From: Octopus sinensis
Lineage: Eukaryota
Assembly (NCBI RefSeq): GCF_006345805.1
Contig: NC_042997.1
Span: 152,024,001-152,088,000, forward strand
Direction of reading: 5' to 3'
DNA: 64,000 bases
Shown here: positions 12,412-25,160 of the stretch, piece after piece
Layout of the letters: the number at the start of each line of letters is the position of its first letter
How positions within the stretch are numbered: the stretch's first letter is position 1
The notes under the pieces: generated by a model
The model's database searches: none
What the model saw: the letters and a program-made list of their open reading frames with translations, nothing else
Told to the model about the DNA's origin: nothing
Position numbers and translations under genes: made by a program

Positions 12412-12599
12412 TTGAAATTTACAGAAAAACAAAAGACGAAGACAAGTGTATAAACAACAAGCAGGTGTATTAGTTTGACGCTCGGGAAGGTGAGAAAGTC
12501 TTTTACGTTTCGAGCCTACGCTCTTCAACAGAAAGGAACACGATGAAATAAACAGAGAGAGAAGAAAAAAACTTTTGGGGATAGCGGTCAATCATGGCG
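12411..12599 (-). mobile_element. Short dispersed element with minimal hammerhead-like motif (family H2)
   Basis: About 190 bp homologous to 45606-45790 (+). Starts cgcca and ends in a (TG)n tract. Confidence 0.75.
12500..12535 (-). ncRNA. Minimal type I hammerhead-like motif, non-canonical core
   Basis: CUUU-CUGUUGAA-GAGC GUAG GCUC-GAAAC GUA|AAAG. Stem I 4 bp, stem II 4 bp, loopless palindromic stem III (ACGU). Confidence 0.6.
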
Positions 12600-12719
12600 A
12601 CTGGTTGGACAAAGGTAGTTAGACAGGAGAGCTAGGAAGAAGGGGAGATAATAATGTACTGCTGATCCCAAAATGAAGGTGTGTGTGAATCTGTGTATGT
12701 GTACGTGAGAGTGTGTAAG

Positions 12720-13080
12720 TGTGTGCGTGTGGATAGGAGCTGGTGATTTTCGCGTGTGGATGTGTGCGTCTGTAATGTGTGGGTGTGTGGATGATAGGGT
12801 GGGTGCTGGGAAGTGGTCAGTGGTAGTCTGCGCGGTGTGGGGTGAGGGTGGTGTGATGTGGTGTAGTGGTGTGGTGGTGTGTGGTGTGATGGTGTCAGGT
12901 TGCGGATTTGGGGAGTGGGATGTCGGGTGGCAGTGAGTATGTGGGGTGGGGTGAAGATGTGGGGTGGGGTGATGATTTGGGGGTGGGGTGAGGATGTGGG
13001 AGTGGGGTGAGGATGTAGGAGTGGGATGAGTATGTGGATGTAGGGTGGGTTATGTGGGAGTGGGTTATGTGGGGATGGAT
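12720..13080. repeat. G/T-rich low-complexity tract with ~18-bp minisatellite (gtggggtggggtgaagat-like)
   Basis: Direct reading of 12945-13075; G-run rich, G-quadruplex potential. Confidence 0.75.
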
Positions 13081-13086
13081 GGTGAA

Positions 13087-13398
13087 TGGATTCCCCTATG
13101 CTCACACCTTTTCAGAAGCAGGTACGAGACAATTGCTTGCAGGCTCTTTTGGCAATGTGCCAAGAAAGTGGCAGATTTATCACACAGGATGAAACATGGG
13201 TCCATTACCATGATCCTGAGACTAAAGTCCATTCGAAGCAATGGAAGCTGATAATTCAGCACCTTCAAACATGGCGCGTGTCCAACCCTCAACAGACATG
13301 GTGCTCACAGTCTTTTGAGACAGCACCAAAGTAGAGAGGTGTGGCATGCTGACCAAAGGAGTCCACTTTCTCAAAGACAACGCCCAATTCCCAATGCG
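13087..13398 (+). pseudogene. Mariner transposase fragment
   Basis: ORF 13086-13334 contains FITQDETWVHYHDPETKVHSKQW (mariner IVTGDETWVHHYDPETK motif). A second frame gives RCGMLTKGVHFLKDNA. Confidence 0.85.
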
Positions 13399-13516
13399 CA
13401 TATATATATAAATATAAATAAATATAAATATGTATATAAAAGCAGTGCTCTAGCATGGCCGCAGTCAAATGACTGAAACAAGTAAAAAACGAAAGTAAAA
13501 AAAATAAATAATATCC

Positions 13517-13594
<78 letters not shown>

Positions 13595-14125
13595 CGCATA
13601 TAGAGAAGAAAAAAGAAGAATCATCTCCTTATTCTTTTATTCCTCTTATGTGTGTGACTCTGTGTGTGTGTATGTGTGTGTGTGAAGATGATAGGACAGG
13701 AATAAAAGAATAAGGAGATGCTTCCTTTATTTTATCCCTTTTCATCTCCTTATTCCTTTACTCCTTGCTCTTTGACGTCATTTCATATATCAATGCCCTT
13801 CTCATTTTTCCCTATTTGTCTTTGATGACGGAATATCCCATATTCTGGGATATCCCAGAAACAGCTGTAAGACTTTGAATTCTTTTCCAATAATAATAAT
13901 ATATATGACTTGAGATGTTTGCATTGCCTTAACGTTTGTTGTCCTGTTTAACAATTATATCTCCGCTATATCGGAAATCTGCAATGGCTCCATAACTACC
14001 GTCTCGGCTACAACCTTGGAGCCTTAGTAATCCGTTACAGCACTTACTTAGCGTACCTATTCGTTTAGATCACCTGTGAACTAAACCCTCACACTTTGTA
14101 TATATACATATCTATCAATCTACCG

Positions 14126-14187
<62 letters not shown>

Positions 14188-15112
14188 ATATGTATATGTA
14201 TATATATATATATACACATACATATATACATACATATATACATACATACATATATATATACACATATATACATGTATATACATATATATACATATATATA
14301 TATGCATATGTATGTGTGTGTTTGTATTTATATATGTATGTATGCATGTATGTATACGTACGCATATATGCACATATATATTTACATATACGCGCATATA
14401 TTCTACATAAAATTTATCCATCTGTTTTCTCGGAGCGTATATAACTGCACATGTGTGGTGTATATCTGATGGTGTTTATTTCTCGTATCAGTGAGTGCGT
14501 GCGCGCTTGAGCGTGGAAGCGCGCGAGTGTGTATAGTATGGAAGTAGTATTAAAGGACGCCATTCTGCATTTAAAAAGAGACGTGGGAGAAGTAAAGGAA
14601 TGAAACTGTGAAAGAGTGTCGGAAACGAGTTAGTGATATGCATACGTGTATGTATATGTGTGCATATGCAGATTGTTAAAGACAGTATAAGGAGGGAAGC
14701 AGACTGTTATAGAGAGGTTAAATCTTTATGCGTATGTATGGGTGCATAGGTGTGAGCGTGTGGAAAAATCAATGAAAATAAAAGAGCAAAGAGAGAAAAG
14801 GAAATTCGAAAGAGGGAGGAGAGAAGAGTGTGTGTATATTTATGTTCATGTATATGTGTGGTGTGTCTGTGATGTATGTGTGAGACCGTGTGCGAGTTCT
14901 CTAGCTATGGTTTAAGTCTATACGGCAGAGATTGTGTGCGAATCGTCACGGTGTGAATTAAAACACAAAGAATGCGAGTGAAAGAAAATGAAAACCAAAA
15001 AAATTTTAAAATTAAATATGCCAAAGAGAAAATGTGTATGTGTGTGTATAAGTACGTGATTATGTCTGATTATATTTGTAAGCATGTAGGTGCGTCCATG
15101 TATATGTTTTCT

Positions 15113-15146
<34 letters not shown>

Positions 15147-15160
15147 TGTGTGTGTGTGTG

Positions 15161-15242
<82 letters not shown>

Positions 15243-18232
15243 GTTATGTGAAATTACAAGAATTTGAGAGATGGTGCGATCTTTAATGACAATTTCTTTT
15301 AACCTTCAATCTGGAAATGTTTGCGTCTTTATTTTGACATAGAATCACTTTGAATTCCATTCCCCAATTTTTCTGTCTAAATTAAATCGAAATCCGTTAA
15401 ATTTTTAGACACTAAAAGAAAAACAATGGTTTGAAATATAATCAAAAGAAATAAAAGAACAATTCGGAAAAAAATATATAAAGAAAGAAAAAGCAGAAGC
15501 CAGTATCAAAGGAAGCTCAAGAAATTTGATTGACACAGACGATAACTTGTAGTTGTAATCAACAAATGTGTGTAAGTGAATGAGTGGTAGAAATAGTGGG
15601 ACATAGAAGGTGAAAGAGAGGAAGAAAGTGTGGGACGTGTATGTGTGCTTACGTGTATTAAACGCTGTGAAAGAAAGTGAATGGGAAAGGGAGAAGTAGT
15701 GAGAATAAGTGCAGCTTATGATGGGCGATTGAAAATCTTTAAAAACGTTTTAGAAACTGCATAAAAGTTTAAACGGGAGAAGGGAAGACTAAGAGATATA
15801 GGAAGAGCATAAGATAGTAATTTGTTGTTGAAGAGACGAAGCTATAAAATGAGTGACCACAATGAGAAAGTGAGAGGAAGAGACAAGCGAGAAGAGAGAC
15901 GATGAATTGTGAAAGAGCGAGTGAAAATTGACTTTGAGAGAGACAGGAGGATATAAAAAGACAGAGACAGAGAAAATGAATGAGGTCAAAAGATAGATAT
16001 TTATGTACAAGTATCATAAAGTGATGCTAAATCAGATTTTGTGATGGGAGTTCGATTACCGATTGAACTTTACCTCACAAATCCAAAGCTAACTTCTACA
16101 CAATAATTCGATCTGCCTGAAGCAGGAGCTAAATTAACCTCACATCATGTCATATCTTCTTTAAGAAGGAAGGAAAGGGTGGTCACATCTATTAATGAAA
16201 ACATAGCTACTATTAGAATACGTTGGTTACGATTAGAATACTTTGTATAAAAATTTTTTTGCCATCATATTTGACCCAGGGTTAAATAATAACATTGCAA
16301 CCACTGCAACAATCTGTTAAACTTGTAGAGAGATATATTCAACAAAGTTAAGCAATGTCGTTTGTTGGGTTCCCTTTTTTTTTCTTTCGAAGAAGCGCCC
16401 AGCCTGAAGCGTTAGACCCCAGTTTTTTTCATCTTATTTTATGAATTTTATCTTCTCTTCTAAACACAAGCCATTACCATTTGTCTTTGATTTTAGTTGA
16501 TTTGGTTTTTGGTTTTAATTTACACTTATTTTTTGGAAATGGCAAGAAATTATCCCTCATATCATCTCCGAAAATGAAAAGAAGCAAACACTGGATTACA
16601 TAGTCCTGAAGATGAGAAGAGATCAGCATGACTGGTATGTCTCTGGTCAAAGGTTTGTTCGATCTGATCTGATAGAGAACTAAATAACAACAGCAACATG
16701 ATGACACGGTGACTCGATGACTATTTGTCATGAAACGAGAAAAAAAAAGAAAGAAAACGGTGTAAATATAGAAAGTGAGAAAAAATGTGTGCAAGTGAAA
16801 TGAAAGAGTAGGGGAACGGAGTTCGAGAAAGAGGAAGAATTAATAGTGATAGTGGAAGATAAAGTTGTAGGTTAAAGAGAAAGAGAGATGAAATTGAGTG
16901 AATGACAAAATGAGCAAGAGAAGGCGAGAGTAGGTGAGTGAAAGGTGGACTTTATGAGTGATAAATGATTTTTGATTGATTGAGTGAGTGAGTAAATGAG
17001 TGAGTGAGTGAGTGAGTGAGTGAGTGAGTGAATGAGTGAGTGAATGAGTGAGTGAGTGAGTGAGTGAGTTAGCGAGTGAGTAAGTGTGTGGGTGAGTGGG
17101 TGAGTGACTCACTGACTGGCTGACTGTGTAAATGTGTAAGTGAAGAGAGAAGCTAGAAAATAATAGTGAATTATGCAACTGACGAAGTGAATTTGAGAGA
17201 AGAGGAAAAGAATGAATTGTAAGTGCTAAAGTGTGAGCGAGAAAATGAATGCGAGAGACTGACGGAAATAAGTGAGTGAGAAAGGGAAAGTGAAAGTGGA
17301 AGTGAAAAAGACAGCAAGGTGTCTAACATGATGGGAGATAATGACTGAGCACATTTGTTACATTTTCACCTTCGGTTATCGTTAAATCCTCGATGGTTTT
17401 ATAATGAAACTTAATGATGCAAGAAATTGTTGAGAGCTACTTTACAGTTTTGACTTCACGGCAATTGTAAATAAACTGGCGATGGAGAGGAATATGCTGC
17501 GGGGGGAAAAGTTTAGGTAGTAAAATGTCGTGAATATTCATGATGTAAAATGTAAATGCTGTTTCTCTATTAAGCCCAAAGTGTTCGTTTATTTCAATGC
17601 TGATGTTGCTAAGCAGATAAAATAAATATCGCCCCTTTGATGGAATGCCACAAGTCATTACAAGTATCATTTACATTTGGTTTGTTAACTTTTCCACCAC
17701 TTAATGTATTTTCTGCATTAAGTGCAATATCTAAAAATAGACCTTTAAAATGCAGTTGTACTGGATTTGAACCTCACGACACATACTTTGCTGATTATCA
17801 TGTACTACATTTCGGTTTTTACAATGAAGCAAGCTTTGGGTAGTTTATATGTTAATAGTGGACTCTGATTAAAGTTCACTAAGCTCTAAGATAACGATGG
17901 TACAGAAGGGTCTATGACACCGCATTTAAGATATTTGCTTCTTTAAAAAATACGAAGCCCACTTAAAGATCTGTTTCACGTAATTCCATTTCAGTTCTCT
18001 TTTCAGACAGATACTGTTGCATGTTAGAGTTGTTTGAAACATCTCTGGCAATATCCAAACTAGTTGATATCTTAAAACGTTATTTAATCAAATGGTAAAT
18101 ATCCAAGCACAGTATATACCACAGGCTACTCTTTAGATTAAAGGTATCTTGATAAATGAAGTTTACATTATGGTAAGGAGGTACAGGTCAATGCACGGAC
18201 GATTTGATCAGAATGTGTGCAGCTAACCTTAC

Positions 18233-18284
<52 letters not shown>

Positions 18285-18286
<2 letters not shown>

Positions 18287-18908
18287 TAATGCAAAGAAAA
18301 TGGAGAATGCGTATACAGAATGATCAATATATTTATTATAATAATAGTCAATTCTGTTGCCTACGCACGTTTCAGTTTTAATTACTTGCATTATGAATTT
18401 TAAAAAGCAAAATCCTTCGTCATGGCAAGAGTTTATCAAAGTAAAACATTCTTTTTTCAATACATCCCCAACGGATGTATTAAAAAAGTAAAAACATTTT
18501 TCCATTCAATCTCAACGTTGGTATCCTATATTCCTATATAAGCTATAATTTAAGGCTGATTACATGTCATAAACTAGAAACGAAGATAAATCATACAAAA
18601 TACACTACTGGCGATTGAATGTGCTGCCATAAATGCAATAATATTCGAAACAACCTCAAAATAGCAAAACTTCTCAACAAGGTGTATGACTACAGGAAAA
18701 CTTGGGAAAATGAACTACTTTTAATTGATAGAATTATGCAAAATGATAAAAATGTTTTTTGCTTTTTAAAATTCGTAATGCAATTTAATTGCATAATGTG
18801 GATTTAAGTAATTAAAACCGAAACGCACACAAGCAACATAAATGACTGTTATTAAGATGAATTTATTGATTATTCTGTATACACATTCGCCATTTTCTCT
18901 GCATTGTA
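18285..18908. repeat. Inverted repeat pair (18285-18412 / 18757-18908) enclosing ~345 bp, MITE-like
   Basis: tataatgcaaagaaaatggagaatgcgtatacagaat...ttttaaaaagcaaaa versus the reverse complement of ttttgctttttaaaa...attctgtatacacattcgccattttctctgcattgta. Confidence 0.8.
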
Positions 18909-19130
18909 AACACTTTTCTCCTATATCGAAACGATGAAAATATATATAGTGAAAACTGTGACTTCAAGAGTGTAAGGTACTTATTATCGGAGAAGAACCA
19001 ACTATAAGTACTAGTACATATGCACATGTGGAATTTCCAGTATCGTTAATTGGTAAGGAGCTAAAGCGATGTACGCTTGGATAGAATATCTTTAGGAAAG
19101 AACAGACTTATATATACAGTATATATATAT

Positions 19131-19170
19131 AACTAGCAGCTAAGCCCGATTTCACCCGGTCAGTTTGGAT
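19131..19170 (+). mobile_element. Possible Helitron/Helentron-like non-autonomous 5' end
   Basis: aactagcagctaagcccgatttcacccgg resembles the ACTAG...GCCCG..TTC.CCCGG starts of such elements. Recognition only. Confidence 0.3.
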
Positions 19171-19247
19171 AATGTGGCTGTAAAACCTGCTCTGTGTAAG
19201 CATTCGACTTGTTTGGGCACGCTTACGTTAAAAAGTAATTTTAGAAT

Positions 19248-20155
19248 ATGCCATCAGTGACAAAGGCAGTCATGCTTAGCAGCTATGCCGACGACACAAA
19301 AGTTGCACAGTCAGTCAAGGAAACCTCTGATGCTACGCTCTTACAGAAGGATCTAGATACCATCTATACATGGGCTGAGGATAACAACATGCAATTTAAT
19401 GCAAGTAAATTCCAGGCCCTCCGCTACCAGTTAAGCACTGCTCGGGAAACACGACATCAGTACGTTGGACCAAGTGGAGCAACGATCCAAGAATCAAATA
19501 CGGTGCGTGATCTTGGAATAGAAATGAGCAACAATGCCTCATTTCACACACATATCAAGAAAATGGTTGCAGTATCCAGAAGACTGACTGGTTGGATCCC
19601 GAGAACCTTCCGCACAAGGGACCAAGAAACTACGATGACTCTATGGAAGTCATTTATCCTCAGCCGCCTGGACTACTGCTCTCAGCTATGGTCACCTTAC
19701 ACTACAAGGACGATAGCAGAGCTTGAAGCAGTCCAACGACATTACACAAAGAAAGTAGCATCAATGGAACGATTGAGTTACTGGGATAGGTTGAAAGAGC
19801 TGCGACTCTATTCCCTGGAACGAAGGCGGGAGAGGTATGCAGTGATATATATATGGAAGATAGTGGAAGGACTGGTACCAAACTTTGGAATAAAGAGCTA
19901 TACCACACCACGAACAGGACGTCACTGTGCTGTCCCCATTGTGCCGACTGCTTCATCTCGGGCAAGGACGATGTACTGCAATAGCTAGGGTTTCAAGGGC
20001 CCACAGCTGTTTAACTCTCTGCCGAAGCATCTGAGGAGCCTCCATGAAGTGGATGTAGACGTTTTCAAACGTGAACTTGACCTCTGGCTCGCCGAGATCC
20101 CGGATGAGCCAATATCTAAGCAAGAAACTCAAAAAAGGGCAAAAGCCGCTCCGAC
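19248..20155 (+). mobile_element. 5'-truncated non-LTR retrotransposon (CR1/L2/Crack group) RT C-terminus
   Basis: 246-aa ORF with SYADDTKV, LQKDLDTIYTWAEDNNMQFN and LERRRERYAVIYIWKI. The frame continues after one TAG at 19986 with GPQLFNSLP...FKRELD...IPDEP. Confidence 0.9.
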
Positions 20156-21455
20156 AAAGGTGGAAAGTGGAAAGATGATTACAATGGCGGTGCTCCAGCA
20201 TGGCCACAGTCATTGGACTGAAATATATAAGAGAATAAGAGAATAACAATGACTTTTTCTGTCAAAACGCTAAAAATAACTGACCAACAAAAGAAACAAC
20301 CAAGATTCAACCAAATCAAAAAATAAACCCACATTGTAAGCGAACAAAGATGCAAAACAACAGAAACAAGCATAAAAACTAAAGCAACAATTAAAAGAAA
20401 TAAAACATAGGTAAAAAAAATCTTTTAAATTTTCAAAGGTCAAGAAACAACAAAAACATAATATCTGAAAAACATTAAATACCTTAACTTCAATGGGAAA
20501 TATTACACAAAATTTAAAAACCAAAAGAAAAAAACATCTGAGACTGAAAAACAAATAACTGAAACACTACAAAAAAAGACTTCACAAAAGTCCATTGCGT
20601 GCGCACTCGCACACACACACAAACAAACACACACACACACATTCACATACACCCTTTTACATACACACACATATATTCACACAGAGTTGAAACGCTGTTT
20701 GATTTATTTTTTCCGCGTACTATTTTCATCATCCCTCTACCAAGTATGACATCACCCTTTCCTTCCTTATTCATCTATTACCCTTTAGTTTCTCATTCGT
20801 AAGCACAAGAGTATTATTATAGCAGATTATCTCTGTTACCATGGGAGCTATGAAAAAATGCAAACTCCAGCATCACCACCGGACCGTTCTACATATCTGT
20901 GTAATTTTTCGCGCAATTCCACCCAGCCGTTGGACCGTGAATCCCAAGACAAGAAAAAATCACCCATGTCAAATTTATATGTATAGATAAAATTTATTTC
21001 TTTGGTTGACAGAAATTTCTTGCTCTGAGTTTTACTATATAAAAACTTAAATGATTAATGATTAATATTTTAGTTATTAACAAAATGGTTAACTCTGAGT
21101 AGATGAAAGCTAGAGTTTGAATGCTTGACTTTCAGTTAATTTTCTTTTATTCTTCTCGTCAGTCTAGGTAATGCTGGCAGTGTTCCATGGCTTTAGTTGA
21201 TGCCCCTTCTTTAGTTGCGGAGATAAGGAAAACTAAATGTGGCTAGCGTAGTTGATGTTCACTGACTAGAAAATTTTGGCAGAGATTTTGAGAATAAAGG
21301 ATTTAGCATAGTGATTAATATATGACATACAAATATGAAACTGGTTTTTGGAGGAGTAGAAATCGATGTAGTTACAATAGAAGAAGCGTTTAAGGATAAT
21401 GTTGTAGTTTAGTTCCGCTTTACTTTTTAGTTTTGGTAGTTTGGTGGGTATTTGT

Positions 21456-21683
21456 TTTTTATCATTTTGCATAATTCTATCAATTAAAAGTAGTTCCAAA
21501 ATTTTCCTGCAGCCATACACCCTGTTGAGAAGTTTTGCTATTTTGAGGTTGTTTCAAATATTATTGTATTTATGGCAGCACATTTAATCGCCAGTCATGT
21601 ATTCAGTATGATTTATCTTCGTTTCTAGTTTATGACTTGTATCAGCCTTAAATTATAGCTTCTCTAGGAATATAGGATATCAA
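21456..21683 (-). repeat. Inverted copy of 18518-18752
   Basis: Extended reverse-complement match, e.g. gttgagaagttttgctattttgaggttgtttc / gaaacaacctcaaaatagcaaaacttctcaac. Confidence 0.85.
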
Positions 21684-22036
21684 TTCATGTTTACATTAGC
21701 ATTCAATTTATGGCTTATACTTACCAATTGGATATTTATATTTAATCTTGTTGAGGAAAATTTCAAATTGTTCTGATACAAAATAATGTAGCAAAAGTCT
21801 AATATATTTTTGCTATATCTATATATAAGATGCCTTAGAAATTTGCTATGAATGTGCTATTTTGAGATTTGACCTACAGAGAGAAACTTTAAGTTTTTGT
21901 TCTTGGTTAGAATTTGTTACAGAGAAGCGTGTAGATCATTATCTCCTGACACGATATTACCTATTGTATGTTCGAGATTTTTACGGCAATTACATAAAAG
22001 TAGATTGTTAGACATTGGCAATTAGAGCAAACTTAC

Positions 22037-22213
22037 AGTAATGACTTGGATGTTAAACTCGATCCATCGCCCAATTTAGTGCTACCACATGACTCTGGTG
22101 TGCCTTTAGTGAAGTCTCTTTTGTTGAAGCATTCGCTCCAGGTCCCAGAATAACTTCTTTTCTCCTTACCACTCAAAGAAACTCTGAAGAATACCATGGG
22201 AGCTACCCTTCTA
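22037..22213 (-). CDS. Candidate coding exon, product unknown
   Basis: tttttattgttttag acceptor, GTAAGT donor, 177 nt, one fully open frame (RRVAPMVFFRVSLSGKEKRSYSGTWSECFNKRDF...). Confidence 0.3.
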
Positions 22214-22551
22214 CTAAAACAATAAAAATATAAATCTTAGCTGAGTAGTTGGCTGCAAATAGTTAATATTGAATATACATAACGCATTATGAATTACGTT
22301 TATATATTTATATATTTATTGGCTAAACTGGCAAAATGACCATTCCTAAATACAACAAATTATGAATTACACTTTTACTTTAATAAAGAATACCAGTTAC
22401 ATTTTAATTTTAATAACTCTCTCATTAAAAAAATACAGTTTATTATCTTCATGGCATTATGAATATGGGCAACACAGATGAAATAAGCACCAATAATTAT
22501 TTAGATTTGTAGTTTATCTTATCTACTTTCGAGATGAGTGACAAAGCTGAC

Positions 22552-22960
22552 CTTCGGATAATGCGAATTCAGAGTGCAAATCCAGTTAGATATTTTGTCT
22601 GTGGCTTTAATGTATTCGCCAGTCTGGCACTTTATTTCATCATCTCCATAATGACAAAAGGCAAACTGACGTTGGTGGGATAGGAACTCTGAATGTAAAG
22701 ATCGTTGTAAGTTAGTTTGAGGAGAAGTACCCATGGTATTTGCACGCCTACCGACACAGGCTAAATTGATACGATTAGTGTTCAGCATGAACATTTCTTT
22801 GAGGGGAAAACGTGGCCAAAGAAGTGATTTCCAATGGGTTTCAGTTGTATGGGAAGATCCTGGGTAAATAGTTTGGATTGCAGTTTCGATGTGGTAAGAC
22901 ATAATGAGGGAACCATTGCAGTAGAAACAGTAGAGACAAATAGAGGAAACTGAGTATTTG
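22552..22960 (-). CDS. Candidate coding exon, product unknown
   Basis: tttattctcttacag acceptor, AAG|GTCAGC possible donor. It lies in a ~159-codon stop-free, non-repetitive frame (KYSVSSICLYCFYCNGSLIMSYHIETAIQ...NSHYPK). Confidence 0.4.
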
Positions 22961-23199
22961 CTGTAAGAGAATAAATTTCCAACTATTGCAATAACCTACA
23001 CTGGATTGTACAATAGGATTATAGTACAGTAGTACTTCCCATACTTATGAGTAGTTCTGAAGTGTGGGTCTTACGTTATCTTTCTGAAAGGTAAGCATGT
23101 ACGAATATATACCAGTATGAACGTCTTTAACTTAATGAAGTACAACCAAAAACTTATATATTATGTGTGTGTTCGTGCGCGCAAGCGTGTGTGTATCTG

Positions 23200-23284
<85 letters not shown>

Positions 23285-23301
23285 ATCTATATCTATATGC
23301 A

Positions 23302-23345
<44 letters not shown>

Positions 23346-23355
23346 ATATATATAT

Positions 23356-23468
23356 ATGTCATCAGCCACCCTGAGTAATTCCTGACGGCATGTGCCTGAG
23401 ATATATATATTATATATATATATATCAGGCACATGCCGTCAGGAATTACTCAGGGTGGCTGATGACAT
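23356..23468. repeat. Perfect 44-bp inverted repeat around a (TA)n spacer
   Basis: atgtcatcagccaccctgagtaattcctgacggcatgtgcctga 23356-23399 is the reverse complement of 23425-23468. Confidence 0.95.
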
Positions 23469-23859
23469 TTATGTAGTAAAACACACAAAAAAATAAGCGA
23501 AAGATATTCGCGTGACTGAGTTGAAGGCAGATTTACTTCTACCTTTTAGAGCACGTAAAGAAAAAGTTGTTGTAGGAATGTACGCAGCATGTGTACTACA
23601 GCAGTACTATACTCAGCTTAAATACTGAGATTGGAAGGTAGGGGTGAATTATGCCAACCTAATCTACAGAAAAATAATATATTTTGCATTTTATTCATAG
23701 TAACCAGAGTAATCTTCATAATTTTAGCAAATTAGGTGCATATTTTGCCATAAAAGGAAAATGTTGTTATCGATCTATTTTATTTATGGTGAGCACTGCA
23801 TACCTTTCCTACCATACATATATTTAGGAAAATACAAAATTCACATAAAATATAGTATA

Positions 23860-24060
23860 ATCTAACCGTGAATGCATGCTAGGTTGGTATGGTAAGAGCA
23901 TGGACGCCTTTAATCACACGTTTTCAAATTAGGGATGACCACAGATTAATAACAACCAGATGCACAAATTGGTGTCAGCATTATTGCAAAATCTTGTTGA
24001 GAGTGTAATTAAAAGGTTTAAAACAAAACTTACAAAAACAAATCGTGCAAAAGAGAATAA
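23860..24060 (+). pseudogene. Possible highly decayed Tc1-like transposase C-terminus
   Basis: Manual translation ...NRECMLGWYGK...MHKLVSALLQNLVESVIKRF resembles the Tc1 IENxW...LQNLVESMPRR motif. Confidence 0.3.
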
Positions 24061-24624
24061 TTATAAAATTTTGTTTATGAATAAATATAAATTCTAATTT
24101 TAAAAATATTAATTGCAATCAACCACTTGGTTTCAACAAAAACGAAAATATTTTGAATATATCAAAAACATTTTCAGTGTGCAGTTTTAATCGCAGCTAT
24201 ATATGCATATAAAGCATTGAACTGGCAGTATGTAGTATTCCTTCAGGCTCTTAGGTCCCTGCATTCTGAATACAAATATCGCGGTGATCATCATTATCTT
24301 GCATCCCCTCGGGATCGATAAAGGACCAATCCAGTACTGAGACTGATTCTTCTTCTTCGTCTACTTCTCCCTTTTCTCTTTCTCTTTATCTTGTCTTCTA
24401 AGTCTCTCTCTCTCTCTCTCTTTCTTTTTCTCTCTTTCTCTCGCTTTCTTTATGTTTCTCTCTTCGTCTCTGGGAGAAAATGCTTTTGGTCAGACTTCGA
24501 GAGGAATGGAAAGGCTTAAAATATCCAAAAGACGCCGAATTTCAAGACTGTTCTCCGTACGATTTAATCAAGATTTAAGAGACCGAATTAAGTCATGATT
24601 TAGTTTTAAGTTTTGGCACAAAGC

Positions 24625-24810
24625 CTGCAATCTGGGGTGGAAGGGAGGTAGGGATAAGTCATCGACCTCTAGTGCTCAGCTGGCACGTATTTTATCGGTC
24701 AGGGAAGGACGAAATGCAAAGTCGAACTCGGCGCAATTTGAACTCATAACCTAAATTCCGCTAAGTATTTTGCCCGGCGTGCTAACGATTCTACCAGCTT
24801 GCCACCTCGA
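24625..24810 (-). mobile_element. tRNA-derived SINE (family S3) copy
   Basis: Reverse complement ggcaagctggtagaatcgttagcacgccgggcaaaatacttagcgg...gagttcaaattgcgccgagttcgactttgc. Confidence 0.8.
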
Positions 24811-25160
24811 AGGTAAGTCATACATCAATATATAAAATGTAACCCTCTAGAGCAGTATAGTATAAACATAAAAAAATATGCGTACGGTAATAGAGGAAGC
24901 AATTAATAAAAAAGCCGTCAAAGCCGAACACGTTATAACTTTGCAGTGAATGTAAGCGGGACCAATTGAGGAAATTTATGCTTTTCTGCTTCTATATAAC
25001 GGTTAAGAATTAAGAATTAATCTGGCATGTTACGAGACAACGTAATTACTACTATATCATATATGCTTAGGGTTGGGCAGGCAGTTGGCATCAGTAAAAT
25101 ATTATATGTGTGTGTGTATATGTGTGTAGACTTAATCCATTACTCGTTTTATGACTATTA

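Noticed and set aside
16474-16794. 106-aa non-repetitive ORF
   Set aside because: No recognisable motif or convincing splice signals; the length is compatible with chance.
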